A stretch of DNA of 64,000 bases from contig CAZWSJ010000008.1 of the NCBI GenBank assembly GCA_964636415.1, forward strand, positions 7,548-71,547, read 5' to 3'. The translations under genes and the position numbers were made by a program. The DNA is from an uncultured Gemmatimonas sp. (GTDB lineage: Bacteria; Gemmatimonadota; Gemmatimonadetes; Gemmatimonadales; Gemmatimonadaceae). Below, piece after piece: positions 17,416 to 27,454 of this stretch; position 1 is the stretch's first letter; every line of letters begins with the position of its first letter. A model generated the notes under the pieces. It was given only the letters and a program-made list of their open reading frames with translations, did no database searches and had not been told where the DNA came from.

Positions 17416-18318
17416 TCAATCAGCACGGCTTTCTGACTTGCTCCGGCGACGCATCTTGCTCGTTTGCGCCGCGTGTGCGTCAACAACGATCTGAACCGCC
17501 TCGTGCGGATCATCCGTGAGTGTGAGCAAGTCGGGGTCTTCCGGAGATATCTTACCCTCCGCCGCAACGCGTGAACTCATCCAGCGCATGAGCCCGGCCC
17601 AGTAGTGTCTCCCGAAGAGAATGATGGGGAACTTGTAGATCTTGCCCGTTTGCACCAGGGTCAATGCTTCAAACAATTCATCGAGTGTTCCGAAGCCGCC
17701 GGGGAAAATTATAAAGGCATTTGAGTACTTGATGAACATCGTTTTTCTGACAAAGAAATAACGGAAGTTCACCAGTGTATCCACGTAGGGATTCGAGCCC
17801 TGTTCGAAGGGCAGCTCTATATTGCAGCCCACCGAATGCCCCTTGCCTTCCCTGGCACCGCGATTGGCCGCTTCCATGATGCCCGGGCCGGCACCGGTGA
17901 TTATGGAAAACCCCTTTTCAGCAAGGAGACGCGCTGTCTCCAGAGCCGCCTGGTATTGTGGATCATCCGGATCGGTGCGGGCCGAACCAAAAAAAGTCAC
18001 GCCCTTCTGAATGTCTGCCAGCGCATCAAAGCCTTCCACGAATTCCGCGGTAATTCGCATAACGCGCCACGGATCGCTTACACGAAATGACGTTGCATCA
18101 TCAAGCGGCGGCTGGAGCAGTCTTTGATCTTCCGTGAGTATGGGGCGGTCACGAATGGCCTGATCCACCATTTGCAGATCCAGGTGGGGAGCGGACTTCG
18201 GACCACTGCTTGTCTGGGACCCAGCGGGAGAATCACCCGAGCCTGCCGGATGCGCTTCCTCCACACTTTCCGGATCACTGTTCCGGTTTTCGGCTGCGGG
18301 ATGACGTGATTGGGTCAT
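17416..18318 (-). CDS. LOG-family (TIGR00730-like) nucleotide phosphoribohydrolase
   Basis: FGSAR, TGAGPGIMEA, RKTMF and PGGFGTLDE. Confidence 0.92.
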   Translation of the reverse strand: MTQSRHPAAENRNSDPESVEEAHPAGSGDSPAGSQTSSGPKSAPHLDLQMVDQAIRDRPILTEDQRLLQPPLDDATSFRVSDPWRVMRITAEFVEGFDALADIQKGVTFFGSARTDPDDPQYQAALETARLLAEKGFSIITGAGPGIMEAANRGAREGKGHSVGCNIELPFEQGSNPYVDTLVNFRYFFVRKTMFIKYSNAFIIFPGGFGTLDELFEALTLVQTGKIYKFPIILFGRHYWAGLMRWMSSRVAAEGKISPEDPDLLTLTDDPHEAVQIVVDAHAAQTSKMRRRSKSESRAD

Positions 18319-18353
18319 GAGAGGCGCAGGTAATTATATGATGGTGATTATGG

Positions 18354-18680
18354 TCAGTCCGTGCGGTTACGGCTGCGCTCAGGGTCGAACCCATCCGGGT
18401 AGCGACGGCGCAATTTTTCTATGTTGCGACGGGCTATTTCATCCAGGGACAGGTCCAGCAGAGTGGCGAATGCTGATATGTACCACAGGCAGTCGCCCAA
18501 TTCCTTTACGAGATCGTCAGTGTCCAGCGGGGTGGCGTGGAAAAGGTGTTTCTTGATTATCTCCGCCGCCTCTCCGGCCTCGCCTGCCAGGCCCAGAGCC
18601 GCATTGGCAAGCTGCTGTTCGTGCGTGCGTTCGCCACCCAGCGTACGCGCTGCAAGCTTCTGATAGTCATCAAGCGTCAT
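18354..18680 (-). CDS. MazG-like nucleotide pyrophosphohydrolase
   Basis: LGLAGEAGE, KELGDCLWY and NIEKL..RYP. Confidence 0.9.
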   Translation of the reverse strand: MTLDDYQKLAARTLGGERTHEQQLANAALGLAGEAGEAAEIIKKHLFHATPLDTDDLVKELGDCLWYISAFATLLDLSLDEIARRNIEKLRRRYPDGFDPERSRNRTD

Positions 18681-18702
18681 GATGACAATCTAAGGGTCAC
18701 CC

Positions 18703-19557
18703 TCAAGTGAGCAATGTCGTCATCTGTGGCAGTGAGGCTTCGATACGCCTGGAAATCACTTCGATGTCAGACGCAGTAAGCCCGAGTTCACTCATAGAGT
18801 CTGAAAGCGGTATCATCTCTTCAACCGTGCGCTTGTAACCTCCGCCGAGCTTTGGGGCCAGTCTGTCGGCGGTGTGAATGAGGACTGCCCAGAGGCGCAA
18901 ATCACCGGCCAGTGAGCGGTAATCATGATGGCTGCGGCAGGCAGTTGTCAGGGTCTCGGGGAAATGCCACAGATCGCACAGGGTGGCACCGACCACATCA
19001 TGTGAGACACCGATGGTCCTGAGCTCAATGGAGCGCAATGCTTGATCTTCATCATCCAGGGACTGTTGAATCACCACAGAAAAGGCGGGCAGCCACGCCT
19101 GCATCATCGCAATGATACCTATATCGTGCAGCAATCCGGCCAGTAACGCTTCCTCGGGCATTCCGACACGCGTATAGATCGAGAGCTCTCTGGCCGCCGT
19201 TGCAACTGCCACGCTGTGCATCCACAAGGCTGCGGGATCGAATCCCGGTAATGTGTGGCGCCCCCGAAACAATCTGTGAAGACTGGCAGCCATGGCTATG
19301 TGCTGAATGGCAGTGGTGCCGAGAATTCGTATGGCGGCGAGTGGTGTTGATACCTCCCGCTGTCGGTGATAGAAGGCAGAGTTGACAACTCTGAGGACCC
19401 GGGCGGCCAGGGGTGGGTCGCTCACCAAAACGGAATGCACCATGCGTTCGGTTGCGGCAGGGTCTTCGGCCATGGCCATGATCCGTAGCGCCGTATCCGG
19501 CAAAGTGGCCAGCGCACCTACTCGGCGCAGAGTACTGCGCAGTACAGTCTCATTCAT
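18703..19557 (-). CDS. HDOD domain protein
   Basis: DPPLAARVLRVVNSAF, WMHS, AGLLHDIG and H..VG..L...W.FP; ATGA overlap with the upstream gene. Confidence 0.9.
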   Translation of the reverse strand: MNETVLRSTLRRVGALATLPDTALRIMAMAEDPAATERMVHSVLVSDPPLAARVLRVVNSAFYHRQREVSTPLAAIRILGTTAIQHIAMAASLHRLFRGRHTLPGFDPAALWMHSVAVATAARELSIYTRVGMPEEALLAGLLHDIGIIAMMQAWLPAFSVVIQQSLDDEDQALRSIELRTIGVSHDVVGATLCDLWHFPETLTTACRSHHDYRSLAGDLRLWAVLIHTADRLAPKLGGGYKRTVEEMIPLSDSMSELGLTASDIEVISRRIEASLPQMTTLLT

Positions 19558-21332
19558 GCGACATCCCTTCCGGGTATTTCGGCTTCCCACCAGCTTCGAA
19601 CACCATCTGCGCTCATCGGCTTACCCAGGAGAAAGCCCTGGCCATATCCGCAACCAAGGGCCTGAAGAAGTACAAGTTGATCGATTGTTTCAATGCCTTC
19701 AGCAATCACTTCCAGTCCGAGGTTGTCAGCCAGCGAGACCACTGCGTGAAGCAGCGCCGAGTATCCACGTCCGCGATTGATATTTGAGGTCATCGCCCTG
19801 TCGATCTTGATGGTGTCAAAAGGGTACTCCTGCAGACATGACAGTGACGAATATCCGGTTCCGAAGTCATCCATTGCCAGACGTACTCCATGTGAACGGA
19901 GTTCAACCAGCATATCCTCCGCCAGCTCGCGCTGCTGTACGATTTGCGACTCGGTCACCTCCAGTTGCAGGGATCCAGGCGGCATTCCCGTGTCGCGCAG
20001 AATTGACAACACGCGTCCGGCAGCTCCGGGATCAGCCAGCTCCACACGAGACAGGTTGACGCTCAGCAACTGCGGTGCGGCACAACCCCACTCTCTCTGC
20101 CAGGAAATGAATTGCTGGCAGGCATCGTAAAGTACCTGCTCAGAGAGAGGAAAGATCAGACCGGAGTCCTCAGCTACCGGAATGAAATTGGCTGGCGGAA
20201 CTTCACCCAGTTGCGGATGCTGCCAGCGAAGCAATACCTCAACGCCCAACATCCTCCGGTCCTCCAGTGAAACAATCGGCTGATAGTTCAGGTGAAGCTG
20301 TGGTGTTCCGATGGCTGAACGCAGGGCTGCTTCAAGCGAAAGACGGCTCTCGGTAGCCTCCCTGAGCCCTGGCGAAAATACTGCATAGCGTCCCTTCCCC
20401 CGTCGCTTGGCTTCGTACATCGCTATATCGGCATCCCGAAGAATGTCGACCACTGATCCACCGAGCTGATCACTGTGAGCGATGCCTATACTGGCGCTTG
20501 AACTGATCAGATGACCTTCGATCTGATATGGAGCATCCAGGGCAGCCAGCAGCCTTGTTGCGACGATGGACGCTGCTTCCGCATCCTGAACCGCCTCCAG
20601 CAGGACGATGAATTCATCCCCGGCGAACCGTGCCAGGGTCGAGCCGCTCGCATTGCGAAGAACACCATCTTCGATCCGCAGATTCTGTCGCAACCGGGCA
20701 GCCACCTCCCGAAGGAGCATATCACCCATTGCGTGCCCCAGGCTGTCATTCACCTGCTTGAAGCGGTCGAAATCAATGAACATCACGGCGAAGCGGTATC
20801 CGGGATCGTCGATTTTCCGCGCAATGGCCTGTTTCAGTCTCTTGGACAACAGTGTTCTGTTGGGCAGTCCGGTGAGTGCGTCAACGTTGGTAGCCCGTTC
20901 AAGACCATCCAGGAGACGCCGACGCTCCATGTACGGCTGTACCCGCGCCTGTATCTCCCATTCTCTCAGAGGTTTTTCCAGATAATCGGAAACACCGGTC
21001 CTGGCCATATCGGCAAAAACCTGTTGCTGCCCATCCGGGAGAATCACTATCACCGGGACATCACGCCATTCAGATCTCTCCCTCGTTCGGAGGAACCCCT
21101 TCGTATCCAGTGGTGATGCCGGATCTCCATCCAGAAGAATCACGGAAGGGGCGTAGTGGTATAACAATTCCACGGCTTCTTCAACATCCTTCACAAGAAG
21201 GACTTTGGTTTTGCTGACATGGAGAGCGTTGAAGACCGGATCCTGTATGGTGGGGTCCGCGGAAATCAACAAAACGACTTCAGTCCCGATCGCCAGTTTA
21301 CCCCAGCGACCTCGACGCCGTTCTTTCATCAT
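19554..21332 (-). CDS. REC-GGDEF-EAL diguanylate cyclase/phosphodiesterase
   Basis: Degenerate REC domain (LLD, YLEKP); DALTGLPNR, AGDEF; EVLLR, DDFGTGYSSL. Start codon uncertain. Confidence 0.9.
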   Translation of the reverse strand: MMKERRRGRWGKLAIGTEVVLLISADPTIQDPVFNALHVSKTKVLLVKDVEEAVELLYHYAPSVILLDGDPASPLDTKGFLRTRERSEWRDVPVIVILPDGQQQVFADMARTGVSDYLEKPLREWEIQARVQPYMERRRLLDGLERATNVDALTGLPNRTLLSKRLKQAIARKIDDPGYRFAVMFIDFDRFKQVNDSLGHAMGDMLLREVAARLRQNLRIEDGVLRNASGSTLARFAGDEFIVLLEAVQDAEAASIVATRLLAALDAPYQIEGHLISSSASIGIAHSDQLGGSVVDILRDADIAMYEAKRRGKGRYAVFSPGLREATESRLSLEAALRSAIGTPQLHLNYQPIVSLEDRRMLGVEVLLRWQHPQLGEVPPANFIPVAEDSGLIFPLSEQVLYDACQQFISWQREWGCAAPQLLSVNLSRVELADPGAAGRVLSILRDTGMPPGSLQLEVTESQIVQQRELAEDMLVELRSHGVRLAMDDFGTGYSSLSCLQEYPFDTIKIDRAMTSNINRGRGYSALLHAVVSLADNLGLEVIAEGIETIDQLVLLQALGCGYGQGFLLGKPMSADGVRSWWEAEIPGRDVA

Positions 21333-21501
21333 CAAACTCGTTCCGGACAGAATAAATGGTGCCGTCGGTCTGATGAACGCGGGCAGCACCGAAACAGCTT
21401 TCGTGCCTGCGCCCGCTTCGACGCTTAGTGAGAGTATCGGCCGCTGCAACCGTCAGCTTGAAGGGCTCAACCGTCGACACCTGCATGATATATTTCTGGT
21501 C

Positions 21502-21750
21502 ATGAAATGGATTTCACTCATGGCCGGTCTGATAGTTTCTGGCGTCCTGCAACCACTTCTTGCGCAGGATCTCTTGCGCGTGGCATGGCGATTTCGCCAT
21601 CGCGAATGGCATAAGAGGTTCCCGTTCCTGCCGGTTCCTTCAATGGCTTACCTTCGCTGGCGCATGTATACGGCATATGGTGACGAGAATTATCTGCCAC
21701 CAAAGGCAGACGTAGTGGCTTTTGCGCGCTGGCTGCGACATCAGCCATAA
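21502..21750 (+). CDS. Small conserved hypothetical protein (82 aa)
   Basis: W/R-rich PFLPVP..YLRWRMYTAYG block; extended -10 TGaTATATT 7 nt before the ATG. Confidence 0.7.
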   Translation: MKWISLMAGLIVSGVLQPLLAQDLLRVAWRFRHREWHKRFPFLPVPSMAYLRWRMYTAYGDENYLPPKADVVAFARWLRHQP

Positions 21751-21783
21751 GTGTTTGCTTGATGACGGCGAAGTGACGCGATA

Positions 21784-22968
21784 ATGACGAATGCCAAGAG
21801 GGATATTTCAGAGCCACAGCTTCACGGCCGCAACACCGACGCCGGGGATTCAGAGCCCATCTCGTTCTTCGCCGACTCGCATGCTCCAATCAATGCATCC
21901 ACACTGAGTGGCCGCCTCATAGCTCAGGCCTATGGCATGGGTTTCGACGCCGTCGGGATCGTGGAGCTTGGGGAACCGGCCACCCGGGCGGCTTTTGATC
22001 GCTGGCTCGCAGCCGGGCGAAATGGCAGCATGTCGTACCTTGAGGGAGAAGGAGCGGAGCTCAGACGCGACACGCGCAGGCCACACCCGGGCGCAACGCA
22101 CGCAATTGTGGTGGTGGCTTCGTACGGCGGCCTCGAGCCCTCCGGGATTGTGGCCCGCTATGCACGCAGCAACGACTACCACATCGTGCTTCGGGAACGC
22201 ATACGCGAACTGCATCACTGGCTCGAAAGCGTAACCGGTCGCCAGATCAACGCACGACCTTATGTAGATACAGGCCCGATTCTCGAAAAGGATCTCGCTC
22301 AGCGGGCAGGGATAGGGTGGTTCGGTAAGAACTCTCTCATCCTCACACCAAATGCGGGCTCGTTTCTTTTCATAGGCTCGCTCTTTGTCGAATACCCGCT
22401 GGAGCCCAGCTCGCCCTTCGACATGGACCGCTGTGGTACCTGCACGCGCTGCCTTGATGCCTGCCCAACAGGTGCAATAACCGCACCAAGAGAACTCGAT
22501 GCCCGCCGTTGTATCAGCTATCTGACCATTGAAATGCGTGAGTCAATCCCCGAGGAATTGCGGCCCGGCATAGGCTCATGGCTCTTTGGCTGCGATATCT
22601 GCCAGGACGTGTGCCCATGGAACGAACGCTTTGCCAGGCCGGTTTGGATTGACGACTTCAGGCCCCGCGATTTTTTCAGAGAACGTGATCCCATCAAGGC
22701 GGCGCTTTCAATACTCGCAATGGAAGCCGTCGACTATCAGCAAACCTTCCGCAATTCGGCAATAAAACGCGCAAAGTTATGGATGCTCCAGCGCAATGCC
22801 TGCGTGGTGCTCGGTAACACGGGCAGTGAAACGGAAATCTCCGCTCTGCGTACAATGCTGGACCACGAAAACCCAATCGTGCGCGAGCACGCGGAATGGG
22901 GCATCCGGCGCATCAGAGAGCGACTTGCGATGCGCGCGGATGCCGTCTCCGGTTCAATCCCAGGTTGA
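21784..22968 (+). CDS. queG: Epoxyqueuosine reductase
   Basis: VARYA..DYH, VDTGP, CGTCTRCLDACPT, RCISY and FGCDICQDVCPWN. Confidence 0.95.
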   Translation: MTNAKRDISEPQLHGRNTDAGDSEPISFFADSHAPINASTLSGRLIAQAYGMGFDAVGIVELGEPATRAAFDRWLAAGRNGSMSYLEGEGAELRRDTRRPHPGATHAIVVVASYGGLEPSGIVARYARSNDYHIVLRERIRELHHWLESVTGRQINARPYVDTGPILEKDLAQRAGIGWFGKNSLILTPNAGSFLFIGSLFVEYPLEPSSPFDMDRCGTCTRCLDACPTGAITAPRELDARRCISYLTIEMRESIPEELRPGIGSWLFGCDICQDVCPWNERFARPVWIDDFRPRDFFRERDPIKAALSILAMEAVDYQQTFRNSAIKRAKLWMLQRNACVVLGNTGSETEISALRTMLDHENPIVREHAEWGIRRIRERLAMRADAVSGSIPG

Positions 22969-25900
22969 GCCGCTGCCGAGACCTGCGGCCTCCCGCTCGG
23001 CCTCAATTTCGTGTTCACGTTCAGCGGAAACCAGACGGCGTTTCACCCAGCTTCCGATGTCGTCAAGATAAGTGTAGGCGACCGGCACCACGATAAGAGT
23101 GAGCATCGTGGACGTGATCAGGCCGCCAATCACTGCACGTGCCATCGGTGAACGGAATCCACCACCCTCACCAAGACCCAGTGCAACCGGTATCATGCCG
23201 GCAACCATCGCCAGGGTGGTCATGATGATTGGCCGCAATCGTACCGAACCTGCCTCCACCAGAGCCTCAAATCGCGCACTGCCGTGCGCACGACGCTCGT
23301 TGGCATGGTCAACCAGAAGAATGGCGTTCTTCACCACGAGTCCCATGAGCATGATCACGCCAATCATTGACATCATGTTCAGCGTGGAGCCCGTCATCAC
23401 CAGCGCCAGCAGTACACCAACCAGCGACAGCGGCAGTGACAACATGATGGCAATGGGCTGCATGAACGACTCGAACTGCGAGGCGAGAATCAGGAAGATG
23501 AGAATGATGGCGAGTATGAGTGTTTCCACCACGTAGCCGGCCGTTTCGGCCAACTGCTCGGTGTCACCACCAAGCCTCACTGCATAGCCGGGAGGCAGTG
23601 GTACGGTGGCAATGCGCTCGGTGATCGCGCTTGAGGCATCAGCCAGAGACACATCCGGCGTATTGGTGCCCGAAATGGTCAGGATACGCGCCAGGTCCTT
23701 GCGGTCAATCTCAGCGGGTGACTCGCCTCGCTCTATCGTGGCCACGTCACGCAAGGGGATGCTGGCTACACCTCCCACGCCAAACGAAGCGGTGGGAACC
23801 GGAATGTCTGCCACATCCTCTACGGAGCGACGAAACTCCGGTGCCACCTGCACCACGACATCACGCTCTTCACCCGTGGGGTCTTCCCAGCGCGTTGCGG
23901 TAACGCCGGCCATGAGAGGCCGGATTGTTGCGGCTGCGGCACCGATATCAACACCCACCCTGTTGGCAACATCGCGGTCAATACTGATGCGGTACTCAGG
24001 CTTCGGTTCACCAAGTGATGACTTGAGGTCCACCACGCCCGGTATCTGCTTCACCTCTGCCATCACCAGATCCGAGATACGCTGAAGCTCTGTCACATCC
24101 GGCCCGGTTATCTCGATGGCCAGTGGTGCTCTGGCTCCACCAACACCACCCTGCGAGAGAACCCCCGTCCACACGCCGTGAACATCAGCAAGACGACTGC
24201 GGGTTTCCATCATCAGGTCCTGCTGCGACTTCTTCCGATCTGCAGACGGTATGAGTTTGACGTAAATCTCACCCTTGTTGACCGTACCCGTGGCACCGGA
24301 GCCCACCGTAGTGTAGGTGTAGGCCACCTCGGGCATGCTCCTGAGATTTTCACCCACTATGAGCGCCTTCTCTCTGGTATACGAAAGACTCTGACCCTCG
24401 GGTGTCTCGAACTGCACAATGAACTCAGAGTTATCGGTATCCGGCATGAAGCTGCCGCCGATAAACGGAACAAGTGCCAGTGCGCCAACAAGGCTCAGCA
24501 CGGCAATTGCCATTGTGGACTTGCGGTGATTGAGGGCCCAGGTAATAACACGTCTATAACCGGACGCCTGACGATCGAACCACTTATTGAATGTTCCGAT
24601 GCGCCGCGAAAGCCAGTTGCCGTGTGCCTCACCCTGGTGTGGATTCACGCCCCACCAGGCACTGAGCATGGGAGTGAGAGTGAAGGACACAAAGAGCGAC
24701 ACCAGCACCGCCCACGCCACTGTAAGACCGAACTGATAGAAGAAGCGGCCAACAATGCCCTGCATGAACGCCACCGGTACAAACACCGCCACAATTGCCA
24801 GTGTGGTGGCCATCACGGCAAGCACGATCTCAGACGTACCGGTTCGCGCTGCCGTGAAGTGATCGCGTCCCATCTCACGATGGCGCACGATGTTCTCCAC
24901 CACAACTATGGCGTCGTCAATCAGGATTCCGATTGACAGTGACAATGCCATGAGCGTGATCATGTTGAGCGTGAAGCCCAGGGCATTCATCAGAATGAAC
25001 GATGAGACGACCGACACCGGCAACGCAAGCGACGTTATTGCCATCGCCTTCCAGTCATTCAGGAAGAGCATAACGATGACGATAGTGAGCAGCGCTCCGA
25101 GGAGCAGCTCCTTGATCACGTCCTCAACTGAATGACGTATGAGCACGGAGTTGTCGCGAATAACCTGAAGCTCAACGCCCGTGGGCAGGACTTCTTTGAG
25201 TTTGGCAAGCGCCTCTTGTACTCCGTCAGCGACGGCTACTGTGTTTGCACCGGAAACCTTGACGAGATCGATTGAGACCGCCCGTTCTCCATTTACCAGC
25301 GCCAGAGAACGTTCTTCCTCAGTGCCGACCTCCACTCGTGCTACGTCGCGCACACGTACCGGTTGCCCGTTCCGAAGTGAGACAATTATGTCGCCAAACT
25401 GCGCCGGGTCGGTAATCCGGCCCGTCACTCGCACTATGCGTTCGGTGGGACCACGCTCCACGCGGCCTGCAGGAACTTCCATGTTCTGACGCTGCAGCGC
25501 AGCCATGACCTCGGGCACACTGATCCCGCGCGATTCAAGTTCGGCGGGCAGCAGGTTCACCCTTATCTCACGCAATAGACCACCGGCCAGCCTCACCTCA
25601 CCCACCCCGTCCACCGACTCGAGCTGACGCCTTATGTCTTCGTCGGCAAGAGTGGTGAGAGCAACCAGCGGCAGAGTCTTGCTGGAGATGGCTATGGACA
25701 TGATCGCCTCAGCGCCCGGATCGAGCTTCTGCACAATGGGCGGATCAATGTCATCAGGGAGATCACGGCGGATCGTTTCCAGCTTGCTCCTTATGTCCTG
25801 GGCCGCAATGTCGCCGTCGCGGCTCAGATCGAACTCAATGATTACCTGGGACACACCTTCGAGTGAAATGGACGTGATATGATTCACTCCCTCAACCGGA

Positions 25901-26151
25901 TTGAAGGCTTCTTCCATGCGCCTTGTCACCTCCCTCTCGATGACTTCGGCACTGGCTCCCGGATAAACCGTCTGGACGGTCACAACGGGGATGTCCACGT
26001 CCGGGAACTGATCAATTGGCAGGCGTCGGAATCCGAAAATGCCAAGTACGATCAGGCCCGTCATGATCATGGCGATGAAGACCGGGCGTCGAATGGCAAG
26101 GCCACTCAATCCGCCACCGCCACGTATGGGCGTTTCTGCCATCTGGGTCAC
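22954..26151 (-). CDS. RND efflux permease (HAE1/AcrB family)
   Basis: 1065 aa; proton-relay motifs IDDAIVVVEN, VKNAILLVD and RLRPIIMT. Confidence 0.95.
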   Translation of the reverse strand: MTQMAETPIRGGGGLSGLAIRRPVFIAMIMTGLIVLGIFGFRRLPIDQFPDVDIPVVTVQTVYPGASAEVIEREVTRRMEEAFNPVEGVNHITSISLEGVSQVIIEFDLSRDGDIAAQDIRSKLETIRRDLPDDIDPPIVQKLDPGAEAIMSIAISSKTLPLVALTTLADEDIRRQLESVDGVGEVRLAGGLLREIRVNLLPAELESRGISVPEVMAALQRQNMEVPAGRVERGPTERIVRVTGRITDPAQFGDIIVSLRNGQPVRVRDVARVEVGTEEERSLALVNGERAVSIDLVKVSGANTVAVADGVQEALAKLKEVLPTGVELQVIRDNSVLIRHSVEDVIKELLLGALLTIVIVMLFLNDWKAMAITSLALPVSVVSSFILMNALGFTLNMITLMALSLSIGILIDDAIVVVENIVRHREMGRDHFTAARTGTSEIVLAVMATTLAIVAVFVPVAFMQGIVGRFFYQFGLTVAWAVLVSLFVSFTLTPMLSAWWGVNPHQGEAHGNWLSRRIGTFNKWFDRQASGYRRVITWALNHRKSTMAIAVLSLVGALALVPFIGGSFMPDTDNSEFIVQFETPEGQSLSYTREKALIVGENLRSMPEVAYTYTTVGSGATGTVNKGEIYVKLIPSADRKKSQQDLMMETRSRLADVHGVWTGVLSQGGVGGARAPLAIEITGPDVTELQRISDLVMAEVKQIPGVVDLKSSLGEPKPEYRISIDRDVANRVGVDIGAAAATIRPLMAGVTATRWEDPTGEERDVVVQVAPEFRRSVEDVADIPVPTASFGVGGVASIPLRDVATIERGESPAEIDRKDLARILTISGTNTPDVSLADASSAITERIATVPLPPGYAVRLGGDTEQLAETAGYVVETLILAIILIFLILASQFESFMQPIAIMLSLPLSLVGVLLALVMTGSTLNMMSMIGVIMLMGLVVKNAILLVDHANERRAHGSARFEALVEAGSVRLRPIIMTTLAMVAGMIPVALGLGEGGGFRSPMARAVIGGLITSTMLTLIVVPVAYTYLDDIGSWVKRRLVSAEREHEIEAEREAAGLGSGSTWD

Positions 26152-27383
26152 TCCTTTGCGGCAGAAGCGCTGTCGGACGAACGCGCTGATGTCGGTGTTG
26201 CCGACCGCGATGCATCTCCGGCTGAAAGCACACGGACCGGCGTGCCGTCACGAAGCGCGTCGGTGGGCGTGCGCAGCACCTGCTCACCTGCCTTCACCCC
26301 GCTGATGACGGCAATCATGCCAGTTGCCTCGTCTCGCGTCCCAACGACCACCGAACGCCGCATGAGTTTACCGTCGACAATTACGTACACAGCACCGCCA
26401 GTGCCATCTGCGCCTGCGTCGAGCACCGCCGTGGTTGGCACAACCACCGACTTGCTGCCATTCAGTGTTATCTGGCCCCGGGCGAACTGCCCGCCCATGA
26501 CACGGCCGTTGGCATTGGGCAGATCCACATACACGCCAACCTGTCGCGTACCCGGGTTTGCGACAGGATCCATACGAGAAACGCGGCCACTGAAAGTCTC
26601 GCCCGGAAACGCATCAAGCGAAAACACGACGGACTGCCCCGGCTTTACATGCACCGCGTCAGTTACGCCGATCTGCCCGGGAAGCTCCAGCACCTGACTG
26701 TTGACTACCGTGAGCAACTCGTCACCCACGGATACAGGCTCACCGTTCTGCTTGCGCCTGCTGCTTATCACTCCCGCGTAGGGTGCGAGGATGCTGGTTC
26801 TTCCGGCAGCTTCGGCAGCGCCGGCTGCCTGGGCCTTTGCGGCTGCAAGCTGTGCCTGTGCTGCTTCGAAGCTGGCTTCGGCGCTTTGTCTCTCAATTGC
26901 AGACATGGCTCCGGCATCAAAGAGAGCCTTGGCAGCGTCCAGTTGCCTGGCTGCCACGGCTACACCAGCCTGTGCTGCGGCTACTGCTGCCTGAGCACCA
27001 GCCGCCTGACTCACCACGCCTTCGGCCTTGATCGTAAGCAGCCTCTGACCTGCCCGAACGCTGCTCCCGTTGTCCACACTCTGATCACTGATCGTGCCGG
27101 CAACCTGCGCGCGCAACACAGCTTGATCCTTGGGCGATAGCGGTCCGCTCAGTTGTATGACACGACCAATTTCTGCCTCGCCGGCCGTGACCACATCATC
27201 GTGACCAAGCAGAAGTTCGCCACTCGTGGCAGACGCGGCACCGCTGGTATCCATGGTGGTCTCACCATCGGCCACGGGCTGACCGCAGGCTGCAACAAGA
27301 AGTGCGGCGGCACAGACCAGTGGCATTGCTGCGAGGCTGCTGCGCCGGAAACGGATATATGATAAAATGGACAACGACTCCAT
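26148..27383 (-). CDS. RND periplasmic adaptor (MFP) lipoprotein
   Basis: Lipobox LVAAC, lipoyl-like VAGTI/APYAG, helical hairpin and VPTTAV. Start uncertain. Confidence 0.9.
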   Translation of the reverse strand: MESLSILSYIRFRRSSLAAMPLVCAAALLVAACGQPVADGETTMDTSGAASATSGELLLGHDDVVTAGEAEIGRVIQLSGPLSPKDQAVLRAQVAGTISDQSVDNGSSVRAGQRLLTIKAEGVVSQAAGAQAAVAAAQAGVAVAARQLDAAKALFDAGAMSAIERQSAEASFEAAQAQLAAAKAQAAGAAEAAGRTSILAPYAGVISSRRKQNGEPVSVGDELLTVVNSQVLELPGQIGVTDAVHVKPGQSVVFSLDAFPGETFSGRVSRMDPVANPGTRQVGVYVDLPNANGRVMGGQFARGQITLNGSKSVVVPTTAVLDAGADGTGGAVYVIVDGKLMRRSVVVGTRDEATGMIAVISGVKAGEQVLRTPTDALRDGTPVRVLSAGDASRSATPTSARSSDSASAAKE

Positions 27384-27454
27384 GGTCGGAATGGCTGGTG
27401 TACTGTTTGATGAAACGGGTGTTGTCCCGTAGGATGATTTTTTTGCCACGCTTC

